Shown here: in pieces, positions 16,985-24,526 of the stretch | How positions within the stretch are numbered: position 1 is the stretch's first letter | Layout of the letters: each line of letters starts with the position of its first letter | Source: Megasphaera elsdenii DSM 20460 | GTDB taxonomy: Bacteria; Bacillota; Negativicutes; Veillonellales; Megasphaeraceae | Direction: 5' to 3' | Length of the DNA stretch: 32,000 nt | Assembly: GCF_003010495.1 (NCBI RefSeq) | Contig: NZ_CP027570.1 | Coordinates: 660,001 to 692,000 of the forward strand | Notes under the pieces: generated by a model | Database searches by the model: none | Told to the model about the DNA's origin: nothing | The model's input: the letters and a program-made list of their open reading frames with translations, nothing else | Program-made: the position numbers and the translations under genes

Positions 16985-17050
16985 TTTCAGGAGGAAACTT
17001 AAACTGCAATCTTCTCAAGAATCTCCCGCTTCTATAAGCGGGAGAGGTTC
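16830..17050 (+). ncRNA. predicted omega-RNA (reRNA) scaffold overlapping the tnpB 3' end and right end; limits are guesses
   Basis: This rests on analogy with characterised TnpB systems, where the guide RNA scaffold spans the last ~100-150 nt of tnpB plus the right end. The right-end hairpin at 17022-17045 is visible. There is no direct evidence of transcription. Confidence 0.3.
17022..17045 (+). repeat. right-end subterminal hairpin of the TnpB element
   Basis: TCTCCCGCTT-CTAT-AAGCGGGAGA is a perfect 10-bp stem, 38 nt after the tnpB stop. Confidence 0.5.
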
Positions 17051-17082
17051 AACGAAAAGCATTTCCGGTGGTGCCTTTAATG

Positions 17083-17111
17083 TTGACATATGTCATCTAT
17101 ATATCTATAAT
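17083..17111 (+). promoter_or_regulatory. perfect-consensus sigma-70 promoter TTGACA-17 nt-TATAAT
   Basis: TTGACA at 17083-17088, a 17-nt spacer, TATAAT at 17106-17111, then an AAAGGAGGGGG RBS and ATG 17136. Confidence 0.6.
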
Positions 17112-17135
17112 AAAAGGCGTAAAGGAGGGGGTATT

Positions 17136-17489
17136 ATGCCGAGACCACCGCGGTGCCGGCGGGTTTGTTCATTGCCGGCGGCTTCTGTCTTTGGACCTGT
17201 AGACGGAGGACAATCAGCAGATGCCATTATCATGGGCATTGATGAGTATGAAGTCATCCGCCTCATCGACTGGGTCGGCTTGACGCAGGAACAGTGCGCC
17301 GCTCAGATCAATGTGGCGCGCACGACGGTAACCGGCATTTATGATTCGGCCCGACGCAAACTGGCCGATGCCCTCATCCATGGCAAACGTCTCGTCATCG
17401 AAGGCGGCCATATCCAAGTTTGTGAACGTTCCGGTACGTGCTGTCATGCCTGCTGTCACGCCGGAAAAAAAGAATACAAAGGAGAATGA
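17136..17489 (+). CDS. DUF134 (UPF0251) family putative DNA-binding protein with Cys-rich tail
   Basis: MPRPPRCRRVC..P....FGP N-terminus, a sigma-70 region-4-like HTH (LTQEQCAAQINVARTTVTGIYDSARRKLA), and the C-terminal CERSGTCCHACCH. Confidence 0.8.
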   Translation: MPRPPRCRRVCSLPAASVFGPVDGGQSADAIIMGIDEYEVIRLIDWVGLTQEQCAAQINVARTTVTGIYDSARRKLADALIHGKRLVIEGGHIQVCERSGTCCHACCHAGKKEYKGE

Positions 17490-17494
17490 TCCCA

Positions 17495-18331
17495 ATGAGT
17501 GAAAATTGTACACACGATTGTTCCAGCTGCGGCAGCTCCTGCGCTGAACGCACCCAGCCCCAGAGCCTGCAGGCTGCCCCCCATGCCGGCTCGCACATCA
17601 AGCATGTCATCGCTGTTGTCAGCGGCAAAGGCGGCGTCGGTAAATCCCTGGTAACGTCCCTTATGGCTGTTGAAATGCAGCGCCGCGGCTTCAAGACGGC
17701 TATCCTCGACGCCGATATCACAGGCCCGTCGATTCCTAAGGTCTTCGGCCTGACGGACCATGCGACAGGCGACGAAAACGGTATCTATCCGGTTACGACC
17801 AAGACGGGCATCAAAGTCATGTCCATGAACCTCTTGCTCGAAGACGCTGCCGCTCCGGTCGTATGGCGCGGCCCGGTCATTTCCGGTGCTGTAAAACAGT
17901 TCTGGACTGACGTCATCTGGGGCGACATCGACTACATGTTCGTCGACATGCCGCCGGGAACGGGTGACGTTCCGCTGACAGTCTTCCAGTCCCTACCCAT
18001 GGACGGCATCCTGGTCGTCACATCGCCGCAGGAACTCGTTTCCATGATTGTCGAAAAAGCATTGAACATGTCGGAAATGATGCACGTCCCGGTCCTGGGC
18101 CTCATCGAAAACATGAGCTATTTCGAATGTCCTCACTGCCACGAAAAATTAGCCATCTTCGGTCAGAGCCATGTCGAAGAATCGGCACAGAAATACGATA
18201 TTCCCCATACGGCAAAACTGCCGATCGACCCGGAATTTGCATCCCATTGCGATAAAGGTGACATCGAAGGCTACGAAGCCAGCTACATGGCGGACACAGC
18301 CTCCTTCCTGCAAGGCGTGTTAGGGAAATAA
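17495..18331 (+). CDS. Mrp/NBP35 (ApbC-like) Fe-S cluster carrier ATPase
   Basis: N-terminal CTHDCSSCGSSC, deviant Walker A VVSGKGGVGKS, DADITGPS, VDMPPGTGD and CPHC. ATG 17495 is 10 nt from GGAG; ATG 17486, overlapping the upstream stop, is the alternative. Confidence 0.85.
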   Translation: MSENCTHDCSSCGSSCAERTQPQSLQAAPHAGSHIKHVIAVVSGKGGVGKSLVTSLMAVEMQRRGFKTAILDADITGPSIPKVFGLTDHATGDENGIYPVTTKTGIKVMSMNLLLEDAAAPVVWRGPVISGAVKQFWTDVIWGDIDYMFVDMPPGTGDVPLTVFQSLPMDGILVVTSPQELVSMIVEKALNMSEMMHVPVLGLIENMSYFECPHCHEKLAIFGQSHVEESAQKYDIPHTAKLPIDPEFASHCDKGDIEGYEASYMADTASFLQGVLGK

Positions 18332-18332
18332 T

Positions 18333-18367
18333 AAAAAGGGCTTGTCGCACGACGACAAGCCCTTTTT
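18333..18367. terminator. 35-nt terminator hairpin, copy B (identical to copy A)
   Basis: AAAAAGGGCTTGTCGCACGACGACAAGCCCTTTTT begins 2 nt after the mrp stop. Stem arms are 18338-18347 and 18353-18362. Confidence 0.75.
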
Positions 18368-18455
18368 GAGTATTAAGTTTGCAGTTCGTAGTTTTTAGTG
18401 AAGTTTTTTAAATTTAAAGCTAGCTTCTACAAACTACAAACTCCATACTACAAAT
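18368..18455. repeat. heptamer-periodic composite repeat, copy B
   Basis: TATTAAG TTTGCAG TTCGTAG TTTTTAG, a central AAATTTAAAGCTAGC, then CTACAAA CTACAAA CTCCATA CTACAAA (18427-18454). Positions 18409-18455 match 15056-15102 with only a few mismatches, in the same orientation relative to the hairpin. Confidence 0.65.
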
Positions 18456-18468
18456 TATATTGAAAGAG

Positions 18469-18514
18469 CAACCTCTCAGTCAGCTTCGCTGACAGCTCTC
18501 CTATAAGGAGAGCC
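18469..18514. repeat. two-hairpin intergenic repeat module, copy 2
   Basis: CAACCTCTCAG-[TCAGC TTC GCTGA]-CAG-[CTCTCCT ATA AGGAGAG]-CC. A 12-nt direct repeat TGCGGGCCGCCC follows at 18517-18528 and 18559-18570. Confidence 0.6.
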
Positions 18515-18579
18515 ACTGCGGGCCGCCCATCCTCTGATGTCCGTTTTGGCGACCAGCTTGCGGGCCGCCCTTTGGGACG

Positions 18580-18629
<50 letters not shown>

Positions 18630-18630
18630 A

Positions 18631-20475
18631 TCATTTTACATTCTTCGTGGCGTCGATGCCGAGGGCTCTCATGATGCCAAAGAAGACTTCTGTGTTATCC
18701 ATGACGCCCTGGAAGTATTCCGAGCCGGGACCTTCGGCGTTGAGCGGTACGTCGTCGGCAGCATGGCATTCATCACCGATAGTATCGGGGATATTAGCCG
18801 GTACGAGTTCCCAAGGATCGCCGTCGTGATGGCGGGCCGGATTGGCTTTTTCGACGACTGTCGATACCTGATGGTATTCGGTCTTATCGCCAGCCTGCTG
18901 GGCTTCCTGTTTGGTAACGGTCTGGGAAACAGTCGGCAGCGTCGGTTTCTGCTGGAAGTGGAAGTTTTCGTAATATTCCGGATGGTTGGCATACTGGACG
19001 GCCAGGGTGACATCAGGATCGGGATTATCCGGGAACCCGTCGTGGTTGGCATCTTTAAAGGTCGGGAAGATGGAGTCGGCATAGGTGCGGACTGCGGCCA
19101 GGCCTTTCTTGCCGTCCCGTTCATGATAGGTGCCGGTAATGGAAGCGCCGTGAGCGTGGTCGGCGACGACGATGATCAGCGTGTTGTCCCCGTGTTCTTT
19201 ATTCCATTTCTGAGCATATTCGATGGCCTTATCGAACTCGATGGTATCATACGTTGCGCGCTGCCAATCCATGGCATGGAGCTGCTTGTCGATGGAAGCG
19301 CCTTCAATCATGGCAAAGAAGCCTTTCGGATTCTTGCTGAGGATGTCCAGGGATTTCTTAGTCATGTTGATGAGGTTCGGCTGATCCGTATATTTACCGA
19401 GGACTTCCGGGTTCTTGAGCATTTCCCGATCGATATAGACGTTCATCGTCCCCGGATGGAACAGGCCCAGGAGCGGTTTGTTGTCCGGTGCGGCCATCAT
19501 TTCTTTAGAATTGGTGACGAAGGTATAGCCTTTATCCTTAAATTCCTGGATGACGTTCTGGTTGTCGTGGCGCTTCGATCCCTGTTCGGACTGCGGGATA
19601 TAACGGCGCGAGCCGCCACCCATGATGACGTCCGGGCGATGATAATCTTCGAGATATTCCGAAGCGATGTAATCCTGGTTGGCACGGCGGCGCGTATGAC
19701 CGACCATGGCAGCCGGCGTAGCGTCTGTCGATTCAGCCTGGGTGATGATACCGACGGACATGCCGCGGCTGCGTTTTACGATTTCCGAAATATTTTCGAC
19801 ACGAGGATCATCGAAGGGATCTTTCGTGGAATCTGCATAGACCCCCAAGGCATTGACGACGGATTTATGGCCTGTCGCATAAGCCGACGCCGAGTTGGCG
19901 CTGTCTGTCGTCAGGGAATCGTAACCGCTGGTCGTAATCAGGCAGTTATGGGGCATCTTTTCCATAGCCAGCAAGTCATTGTACTTGCCGTTGGTCATGC
20001 CTTTGGAAATGATGCGGGCCATTTCGCGGGCTTGCAGGGACATGCCGTCGCCGACGAAGAGGATGACGTTCTTGGCCTGGCGCTGGGCTTTTTCCTGGAC
20101 GACGGTATAGCGGGCATCGGCGGAGTTAGCGCCGTCAGCATCGGTGGCCGTCGCCTTTACCGTATAGGAACCGGTTTTAGGGAAATTGACCTGATTGGCA
20201 CGATATGAAATGACGCCGTTGCCCAAAGCCTTCCCCTTTAATTCCTGGCCAAAGAATTTATCGGCTTTCTGTCCATTGACGGTAATATCGACATTCTTCA
20301 AATTTTTGGCTTTCGATACTTCGACGTCGAAATCGAATTTGGCACCTGCCAGGAATTTCGCATTATCGACGGGAAGGATGCGGACATCGGCCGCCTGTAC
20401 ACCGGGAATGAAACCTGCCAGTGAGCCGCAGGCTACCATAGAAAGAATTGCTCGTTTCAACCATTGTCGTTTCAT
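18631..20475 (-). CDS. alkaline phosphatase family protein, secreted, with N-terminal beta-rich extension (614 aa)
   Basis: Signal peptide MKRQWLKRAILSMVACGSLAGFIPGVQA, then ILFVGDGMS, TTDSANSASAYATGHK (nucleophile Ser) and VVADHAHG. AGGAGG lies 7 nt before ATG 20475; the tracked start 20595 is an extension. Confidence 0.85.
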   Translation of the reverse strand: MKRQWLKRAILSMVACGSLAGFIPGVQAADVRILPVDNAKFLAGAKFDFDVEVSKAKNLKNVDITVNGQKADKFFGQELKGKALGNGVISYRANQVNFPKTGSYTVKATATDADGANSADARYTVVQEKAQRQAKNVILFVGDGMSLQAREMARIISKGMTNGKYNDLLAMEKMPHNCLITTSGYDSLTTDSANSASAYATGHKSVVNALGVYADSTKDPFDDPRVENISEIVKRSRGMSVGIITQAESTDATPAAMVGHTRRRANQDYIASEYLEDYHRPDVIMGGGSRRYIPQSEQGSKRHDNQNVIQEFKDKGYTFVTNSKEMMAAPDNKPLLGLFHPGTMNVYIDREMLKNPEVLGKYTDQPNLINMTKKSLDILSKNPKGFFAMIEGASIDKQLHAMDWQRATYDTIEFDKAIEYAQKWNKEHGDNTLIIVVADHAHGASITGTYHERDGKKGLAAVRTYADSIFPTFKDANHDGFPDNPDPDVTLAVQYANHPEYYENFHFQQKPTLPTVSQTVTKQEAQQAGDKTEYHQVSTVVEKANPARHHDGDPWELVPANIPDTIGDECHAADDVPLNAEGPGSEYFQGVMDNTEVFFGIMRALGIDATKNVK

Positions 20476-20593
20476 ATCATGACCTCCTGAGTTTCGTAAC
20501 ATATTCGACATGGTAAGTATAAAATTCCTATACATAGAAACGGTCAAAACTATGTATAATCTTTGTATAATCCCAGGAAGGATGTGTATACTC

Positions 20594-21472
20594 ATGATTT
20601 ATAGCTGCTTTGACATTGGCGGCACAGCCATCAAATTCGGCCTCATCGACGAAACGGGCCGCTTCCGCAAGAAAGGCAGCCTGCCGACCGAAGCCCAGAC
20701 GGAAGGCGGGCCGGGCATCGTCCACAAGGTCTGCTCGCTCATCCATCGCCAGCTGACCGACCATCCCCTAGAAGGCATCGGCCTCTCGACAGCCGGCATC
20801 GTCGATACAGAAAGAGGAAGTATCGACTACGCCTTGTCCATCCCCGGCTATACCGGGACGGACTGGAAAGGCATCCTGGAAAAGGAATTTCACCTTCCCT
20901 GTATCGTCGAAAATGATACCAACTGCGCCGCCCTGGGGGAATGGTGGCTCGGCGCCGGTCGGGATATGGCGTCCCTCTTTGCCGTTACGGTCGGCACCAG
21001 TATCGGCGGAGCCTTCATCGAGAACGGTCATATTCTCCACGGTGCCAGCCGGGCGGCCGGAGAAATCGCCTATATGCGCGTCCCCGCCGGCCGTCTCCAC
21101 GATGTCGCCTCGGCGACGTACCTCTGCCGGAAAACGGCACGCCAAAAAGCCGCCGACCCGGAAAAGGTCGACGGCCATAAGGTCTTTCAATTCGTCCGTC
21201 AAGGCGATGCATCGGCTTTAGCCGCCCTCGATGCCTTCTGCCAGAATCTGGCTGACGGCCTGGCCAACATCGCCTGCCTGTGCAATCCCGACGGCATCGT
21301 CCTCGGCGGCGGCATCATGGCCCAGGAAGCCATCCTGCGGCCCCGATTGGAACAAGCCTTAGCGGCACGATTGCCAAAAATGATGCTGCCGCCGAAAGGC
21401 CTGGCTTTCGCTCAGCGACAGAATGATGCCGGCATGCTCGGCGCTTTGTACCTGTTACAACAAAAAAAGTAA
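20594..21472 (+). CDS. ROK-family sugar kinase
   Basis: CFDIGGTAIKFGLID and ENDTNCAALGEWWLGAG. No CxCGxxGC zinc motif was seen. ATG 20594 follows an AGGAAGGA RBS. Confidence 0.8.
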   Translation: MIYSCFDIGGTAIKFGLIDETGRFRKKGSLPTEAQTEGGPGIVHKVCSLIHRQLTDHPLEGIGLSTAGIVDTERGSIDYALSIPGYTGTDWKGILEKEFHLPCIVENDTNCAALGEWWLGAGRDMASLFAVTVGTSIGGAFIENGHILHGASRAAGEIAYMRVPAGRLHDVASATYLCRKTARQKAADPEKVDGHKVFQFVRQGDASALAALDAFCQNLADGLANIACLCNPDGIVLGGGIMAQEAILRPRLEQALAARLPKMMLPPKGLAFAQRQNDAGMLGALYLLQQKK

Positions 21473-21476
21473 GCCC

Positions 21477-22622
21477 TTAATGATTCAGTTTGGTGCGGAC
21501 GATGCGGGTAACTTTTTCATCGACTAAGGCCCGGAAGTCTGCATTGTTCTTATATTCCTTCAAGAGGCCGTCATAGGTTTCCCGTTCATGGGCATATTCA
21601 TGGCAGACCAGGACTATATCAGCACCGGCCTTGATAGCCATGACGCCCATGTCGGCAAAGGCATAGTGTTTGGCCATGGCCCCCATTTCCATATCGTCGG
21701 AAACGATGAGACCCTGGTAGCCGAAAGTGTGGCGCAACAAGTCGGTCATGATCGGCTTGGAGACGCAGGCCGGCAGATTGGGGTCCAAAGCGGGGAAGGT
21801 GACGTTCGAGACCATGATGAACATTTTCTGATTGTCTTCGCGCTTGATGAGGTTCTCAAAGGGCTTCAAATCCTGTTTCAAGAGTTCATCCTTAGAGCTG
21901 TTGACGCTGTCCCCGTCAATGTGAGGATCCGTCTTGACTTTGCCAATGCCCGGGAAATGCTTCAAGGAGCACCAGATACCGGCCTGTCCATAGCCGGCAA
22001 CGGCTTCATGGGCGAACTGGGTCACGACGCCGGGGTCGAGGCTGTACGACCGTTCGGCCTGGGAGCCTAGGTCGACGACAGGAGCGAAATTGACATTGAT
22101 ACCCAGTTTCTTCAACTCAGTCCCCGTCGTAAGGGCCCACTGTTTGGCCTGCTCCGGCTGGCCGCTCTGTCCGATGGCCTGTTCCGAAGGAATCGGCGGG
22201 AAAGCCTTGCGCATGCGCAGGACCTGGCCCCCTTCCTGATCGAGGGCAATAAAAGGCATGACGCCGCTCTTCTTGCGGATCGTCGTGTCTATTTTTTTGG
22301 TCAGATGCTGGACCTGGTCGGGCCTGTCCATATTGCGGTCGAATAAGATGACATTCCCGGCGTGGCAGTATTCCAGCTGGCGCTGGGCCTGGTCGTCGAT
22401 GGTCGTCCCGGCCAGGCCGATCATCATGAGCTGGCCGATCTTTTCTTCTGGCGACATCTTGTGGACCAATCTGGCCGCCTCGTCTTCCTGTACGGTCCCG
22501 CCAGGAGAAGACGGCGAAGGTACTGCCGGTGACCGATTCCAGAAGAACCAAGCCCCAGCTAGCACGAGGACCAGGACGGCCAGGGCCAGGAAAATCCCGC
22601 TCTTGGCATTACGCTTCTTCAT
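21477..22622 (-). CDS. nagZ: glycoside hydrolase family 3 beta-N-acetylhexosaminidase, membrane-anchored
   Basis: N-terminal TM segment (IFLALAVLVLVLAGAWFF), KHFPGIGKVKTDPH, and VSDDMEMGA. The start overlaps the nagA stop by 14 nt. Confidence 0.75.
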   Translation of the reverse strand: MKKRNAKSGIFLALAVLVLVLAGAWFFWNRSPAVPSPSSPGGTVQEDEAARLVHKMSPEEKIGQLMMIGLAGTTIDDQAQRQLEYCHAGNVILFDRNMDRPDQVQHLTKKIDTTIRKKSGVMPFIALDQEGGQVLRMRKAFPPIPSEQAIGQSGQPEQAKQWALTTGTELKKLGINVNFAPVVDLGSQAERSYSLDPGVVTQFAHEAVAGYGQAGIWCSLKHFPGIGKVKTDPHIDGDSVNSSKDELLKQDLKPFENLIKREDNQKMFIMVSNVTFPALDPNLPACVSKPIMTDLLRHTFGYQGLIVSDDMEMGAMAKHYAFADMGVMAIKAGADIVLVCHEYAHERETYDGLLKEYKNNADFRALVDEKVTRIVRTKLNH

Positions 22623-23763
22623 TGTATGCCAGCTCCCCGGCGATGACTGTCTGTTTTACGTGGAAATCGTTGCTGTCCAGAATGGTGATGTCCGCCTGTT
22701 TCCCTTCTTCTAAGGAACCGATGCGGTCGTAGACGCCGAGGGCCTTGGCCGGGTTGACCGTAGCCATGGCGACGACTTCGGGAATGGAAGCGCCGGAATT
22801 GATCAGGAAGTGGAGGGCCACTTCGTTCATGGGGGCAATGCTGGCAGCCAGAGTTCCGTCGGCCAAGCGGGCTTCGCCGTTCTTGACAAAGACTTTCTGG
22901 CCGCCCAGGCTGGACTCGCCATCGCCTTGCAGGCAGGCCCGCAAAGAATCAGTGACCAGGATGAGGCCATCGCGGCCTTTCATCTGATAAGCCAGTTTCT
23001 GCGCTGCCGGATGGACGTGGAGGTCGTCGCAGATCAATTCGCAGCAGGCGTGCTTATTGAGCAGTGCCGCCCCGACGACGCCGGGTTTACGGTGATGAAA
23101 GGGCGTCATGGCATTATATAAATGGGTGACATGGCAGTGGCCGAGGGTGTCCATACATTCCATGGCCTGGTCGAAATCAGCCGCTGTATGTCCAATGGAT
23201 ACGGTAATGCCGTGGTCCTGGCAGTCTTTCAGGAACTTCTTGTTCTTCAGCGTTTCCGGTGCCAGCGTGATGATCTTGATGACATCGGCATAGGATTCGA
23301 GCCAGGAAAAATCAGCCGTCTGGATATTTTCTTCGGCCTGGGAACCTTTATAGGCCGGACTGATGAAAGGGCCTTCCATGTGGGCGCCCAATACCTGGGC
23401 TCCGCCCTGATAGTCTTTCCGGGCCTGGCGTATCCGCTGCAGGGCTTTCTCGATGCGGCCTTGTTCCATGGTCATCGTCGTCGGGACAAAAGACGTAACG
23501 CCCGTCGCCGGCAGGGCCTGCTGCATGGTCTTCAAGGCCTGGTCATCGTCATCCATGGTGTCGGCACCGGCACAGCCGTGGATGTGTTCATTGATGAAGC
23601 CTGGTACGACGAAGCCGCCGTTAGCGTCGATAAATTCCGAACACATGCCGGCACGGAACTGCTTGCGCGGTACGATGCGCCAGATGTCCTTTTCATACAT
23701 GATGACATGTCCATTAATGATTTCGTTCGGCAGAACAATGAGTCCGTCGATGATAGCTTTCAT
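22609..23763 (-). CDS. nagA: N-acetylglucosamine-6-phosphate deacetylase
   Basis: VVPGFINEHIHGCAGADTMD, SIGHTAADF and THLYNAM motifs. An AGGAGG RBS precedes ATG 23763. Confidence 0.9.
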   Translation of the reverse strand: MKAIIDGLIVLPNEIINGHVIMYEKDIWRIVPRKQFRAGMCSEFIDANGGFVVPGFINEHIHGCAGADTMDDDDQALKTMQQALPATGVTSFVPTTMTMEQGRIEKALQRIRQARKDYQGGAQVLGAHMEGPFISPAYKGSQAEENIQTADFSWLESYADVIKIITLAPETLKNKKFLKDCQDHGITVSIGHTAADFDQAMECMDTLGHCHVTHLYNAMTPFHHRKPGVVGAALLNKHACCELICDDLHVHPAAQKLAYQMKGRDGLILVTDSLRACLQGDGESSLGGQKVFVKNGEARLADGTLAASIAPMNEVALHFLINSGASIPEVVAMATVNPAKALGVYDRIGSLEEGKQADITILDSNDFHVKQTVIAGELAYNEEA

Positions 23764-23796
23764 ATTAAATTCCTCCTAATCGTATTCACTGTTTAA

Positions 23797-23825
23797 AGTA
23801 TACCACAAACGCCAAGACGTGAAAA
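23797..23825 (-). promoter_or_regulatory. candidate nagA-nagZ promoter (TTTTCA-17 nt-TATACT, TG-extended)
   Basis: On the minus strand the -10 is at 23797-23802 and the -35 at 23820-23825. The -35 abuts the first perfect DnaA box (23826-23834). Confidence 0.35.
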
Positions 23826-24215
23826 TGTGGATAAGTAAAGTGGATAAGTTGTGCACATCCTTAAAAAATGGCTATTTTATGCTTTGTCCACCTGTGCATA
23901 CCTTTCCACAATGTATCCACATATTGTGGAAAACTCGCCGCAACAGGTTATCCACATTTTCACAAGACTTATGCACATTCTCTGTGCCATTTGTTCGCCC
24001 GGTATCATTGGCTTGTCTATCCCGTTTTTCGTCCATTTTCACTAGAGATACACATTTATCCACGAAAGTTATCCACATTTCAGCCATCCATCTCCTAAAA
24101 GTATGCACCTGGAAAAAATGGCATAACCATGCGCTTGGCAAAAAAATATCCACATTTCTGTCACTCTTGTACACAGAAAATGTGGATAAATTGTGTATAC
24201 CTGAATTGTGGATAG
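23826..24215. promoter_or_regulatory. DnaA-box cluster (oriC-like or DnaA-titration locus)
   Basis: Four perfect TTATCCACA/TGTGGATAA boxes: 23826-34(-), 23948-56(+), 24069-77(+), 24181-89(-). Six one-mismatch boxes: 23839-47, 23913-21, 23925-33, 23969-77, 24056-64, 24146-54, 24207-15 (seven listed; at least six are clean). There are also several two-mismatch boxes. No credible gene lies in the interval. Confidence 0.75.
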
Positions 24216-24222
24216 TTGTACT

Positions 24223-24510
24223 TCAATCGACAGGCCGGCTCCAGTCAATGTGGATGCCCGTAGCCCGCCAGATGTAGCACAGGGCCAGCTTCAAAGCTTC
24301 CAGGCTCGACGTCGGCACGACACTCAAGGTCTTGTAGTTCGATAAATCCGTATATTGATGCAAGGCCTTTTCTGTCGTCAAATACTGACGAGCCTTTTCA
24401 TCCATGGCGTCATCATTGAGGTGGACGCCGAGTTCCTTCGTTTCTGTATCGTATTCGATGTACCCGTTGTTGTTGTCACCCGTATGGGCCGCTACTTTAA
24501 AAATTGCCAT
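24223..24510 (-). CDS. hypothetical protein (95 aa) downstream of dinB
   Basis: GAAGGAG lies 8 nt before ATG 24510 (MAIFKVAAHTGDNNNGYIEYD...). The tracked start 24543 overlaps dinB. No family is recognised. It is likely co-transcribed with dinB (16-nt gap). Confidence 0.5.
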   Translation of the reverse strand: MAIFKVAAHTGDNNNGYIEYDTETKELGVHLNDDAMDEKARQYLTTEKALHQYTDLSNYKTLSVVPTSSLEALKLALCYIWRATGIHIDWSRPVD

Positions 24511-24526
24511 AACAAAAACTCCTTCT

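Larger units (their letters stand above)
15586..17050 (+). mobile_element. IS200/IS605-family TnpB-only (IS1341-like) element; boundaries approximate
   Basis: A single tnpB ORF is flanked by subterminal hairpins (15620-15650 and 17022-45). No Y1 (tnpA) or serine transposase ORF is present. The element is inserted between the ridA promoter and the DUF134 promoter. Confidence 0.45.

Noticed and set aside
18763-20208. 481-aa ORF antisense to the alkaline phosphatase gene, plus the smaller antisense ORFs at 18647-18829 and 20195-20482
   Set aside because: This is a shadow ORF on the opposite strand of a GC3-rich gene. The sequence is Gly/Arg/Asp/Ile-rich with no motifs, no RBS and no start context. 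The minus-strand product carries unambiguous alkaline phosphatase motifs.
20476-20595. N-terminal extensions in the ORF track (phoA-like to 20595, ROK from 20510, SDR from 8388, cyuA to 12248, LysR to 31491, Mrp from 17438, tnpB from 15698)
   Set aside because: In each case an internal ATG is preceded by a strong Shine-Dalgarno at 7-11 nt and gives the canonical family N-terminus (signal peptide, Rossmann loop, or HTH). The extensions lack RBSs and would overlap promoters or neighbouring genes.
21470-21479. Missing terminator between the convergent ROK and nagZ genes (4-nt gap)
   Set aside because: This is real but unremarkable on its own. Tightly convergent genes without a visible hairpin are common, and I cannot infer antisense regulation from sequence alone.
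22745-23796. Plus-strand ORFs (80-224 aa) opposite nagA, and the 20768-22713 set opposite or overlapping ROK and nagZ
   Set aside because: They are antisense shadows of high-GC3 genes. Their products are Arg/Pro/Gly-rich and motif-free.
23826-24215. Calling the DnaA-box cluster the chromosomal oriC outright
   Set aside because: There is no dnaA, dnaN or rpmH nearby. Both flanking genes are on the same (minus) strand rather than diverging. I could not see a clear AT-rich unwinding element. It is kept as a finding, but the oriC label is not justified from this window alone.
23819-24277. Four overlapping ORFs (64-152 aa, both strands) inside the nagA-dinB intergenic region
   Set aside because: The region is saturated with DnaA-box 9-mers. 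The ORFs overlap each other in several frames, lack RBSs, and translate to Cys/His/Leu-rich low-complexity sequence. The region is best read as non-coding.
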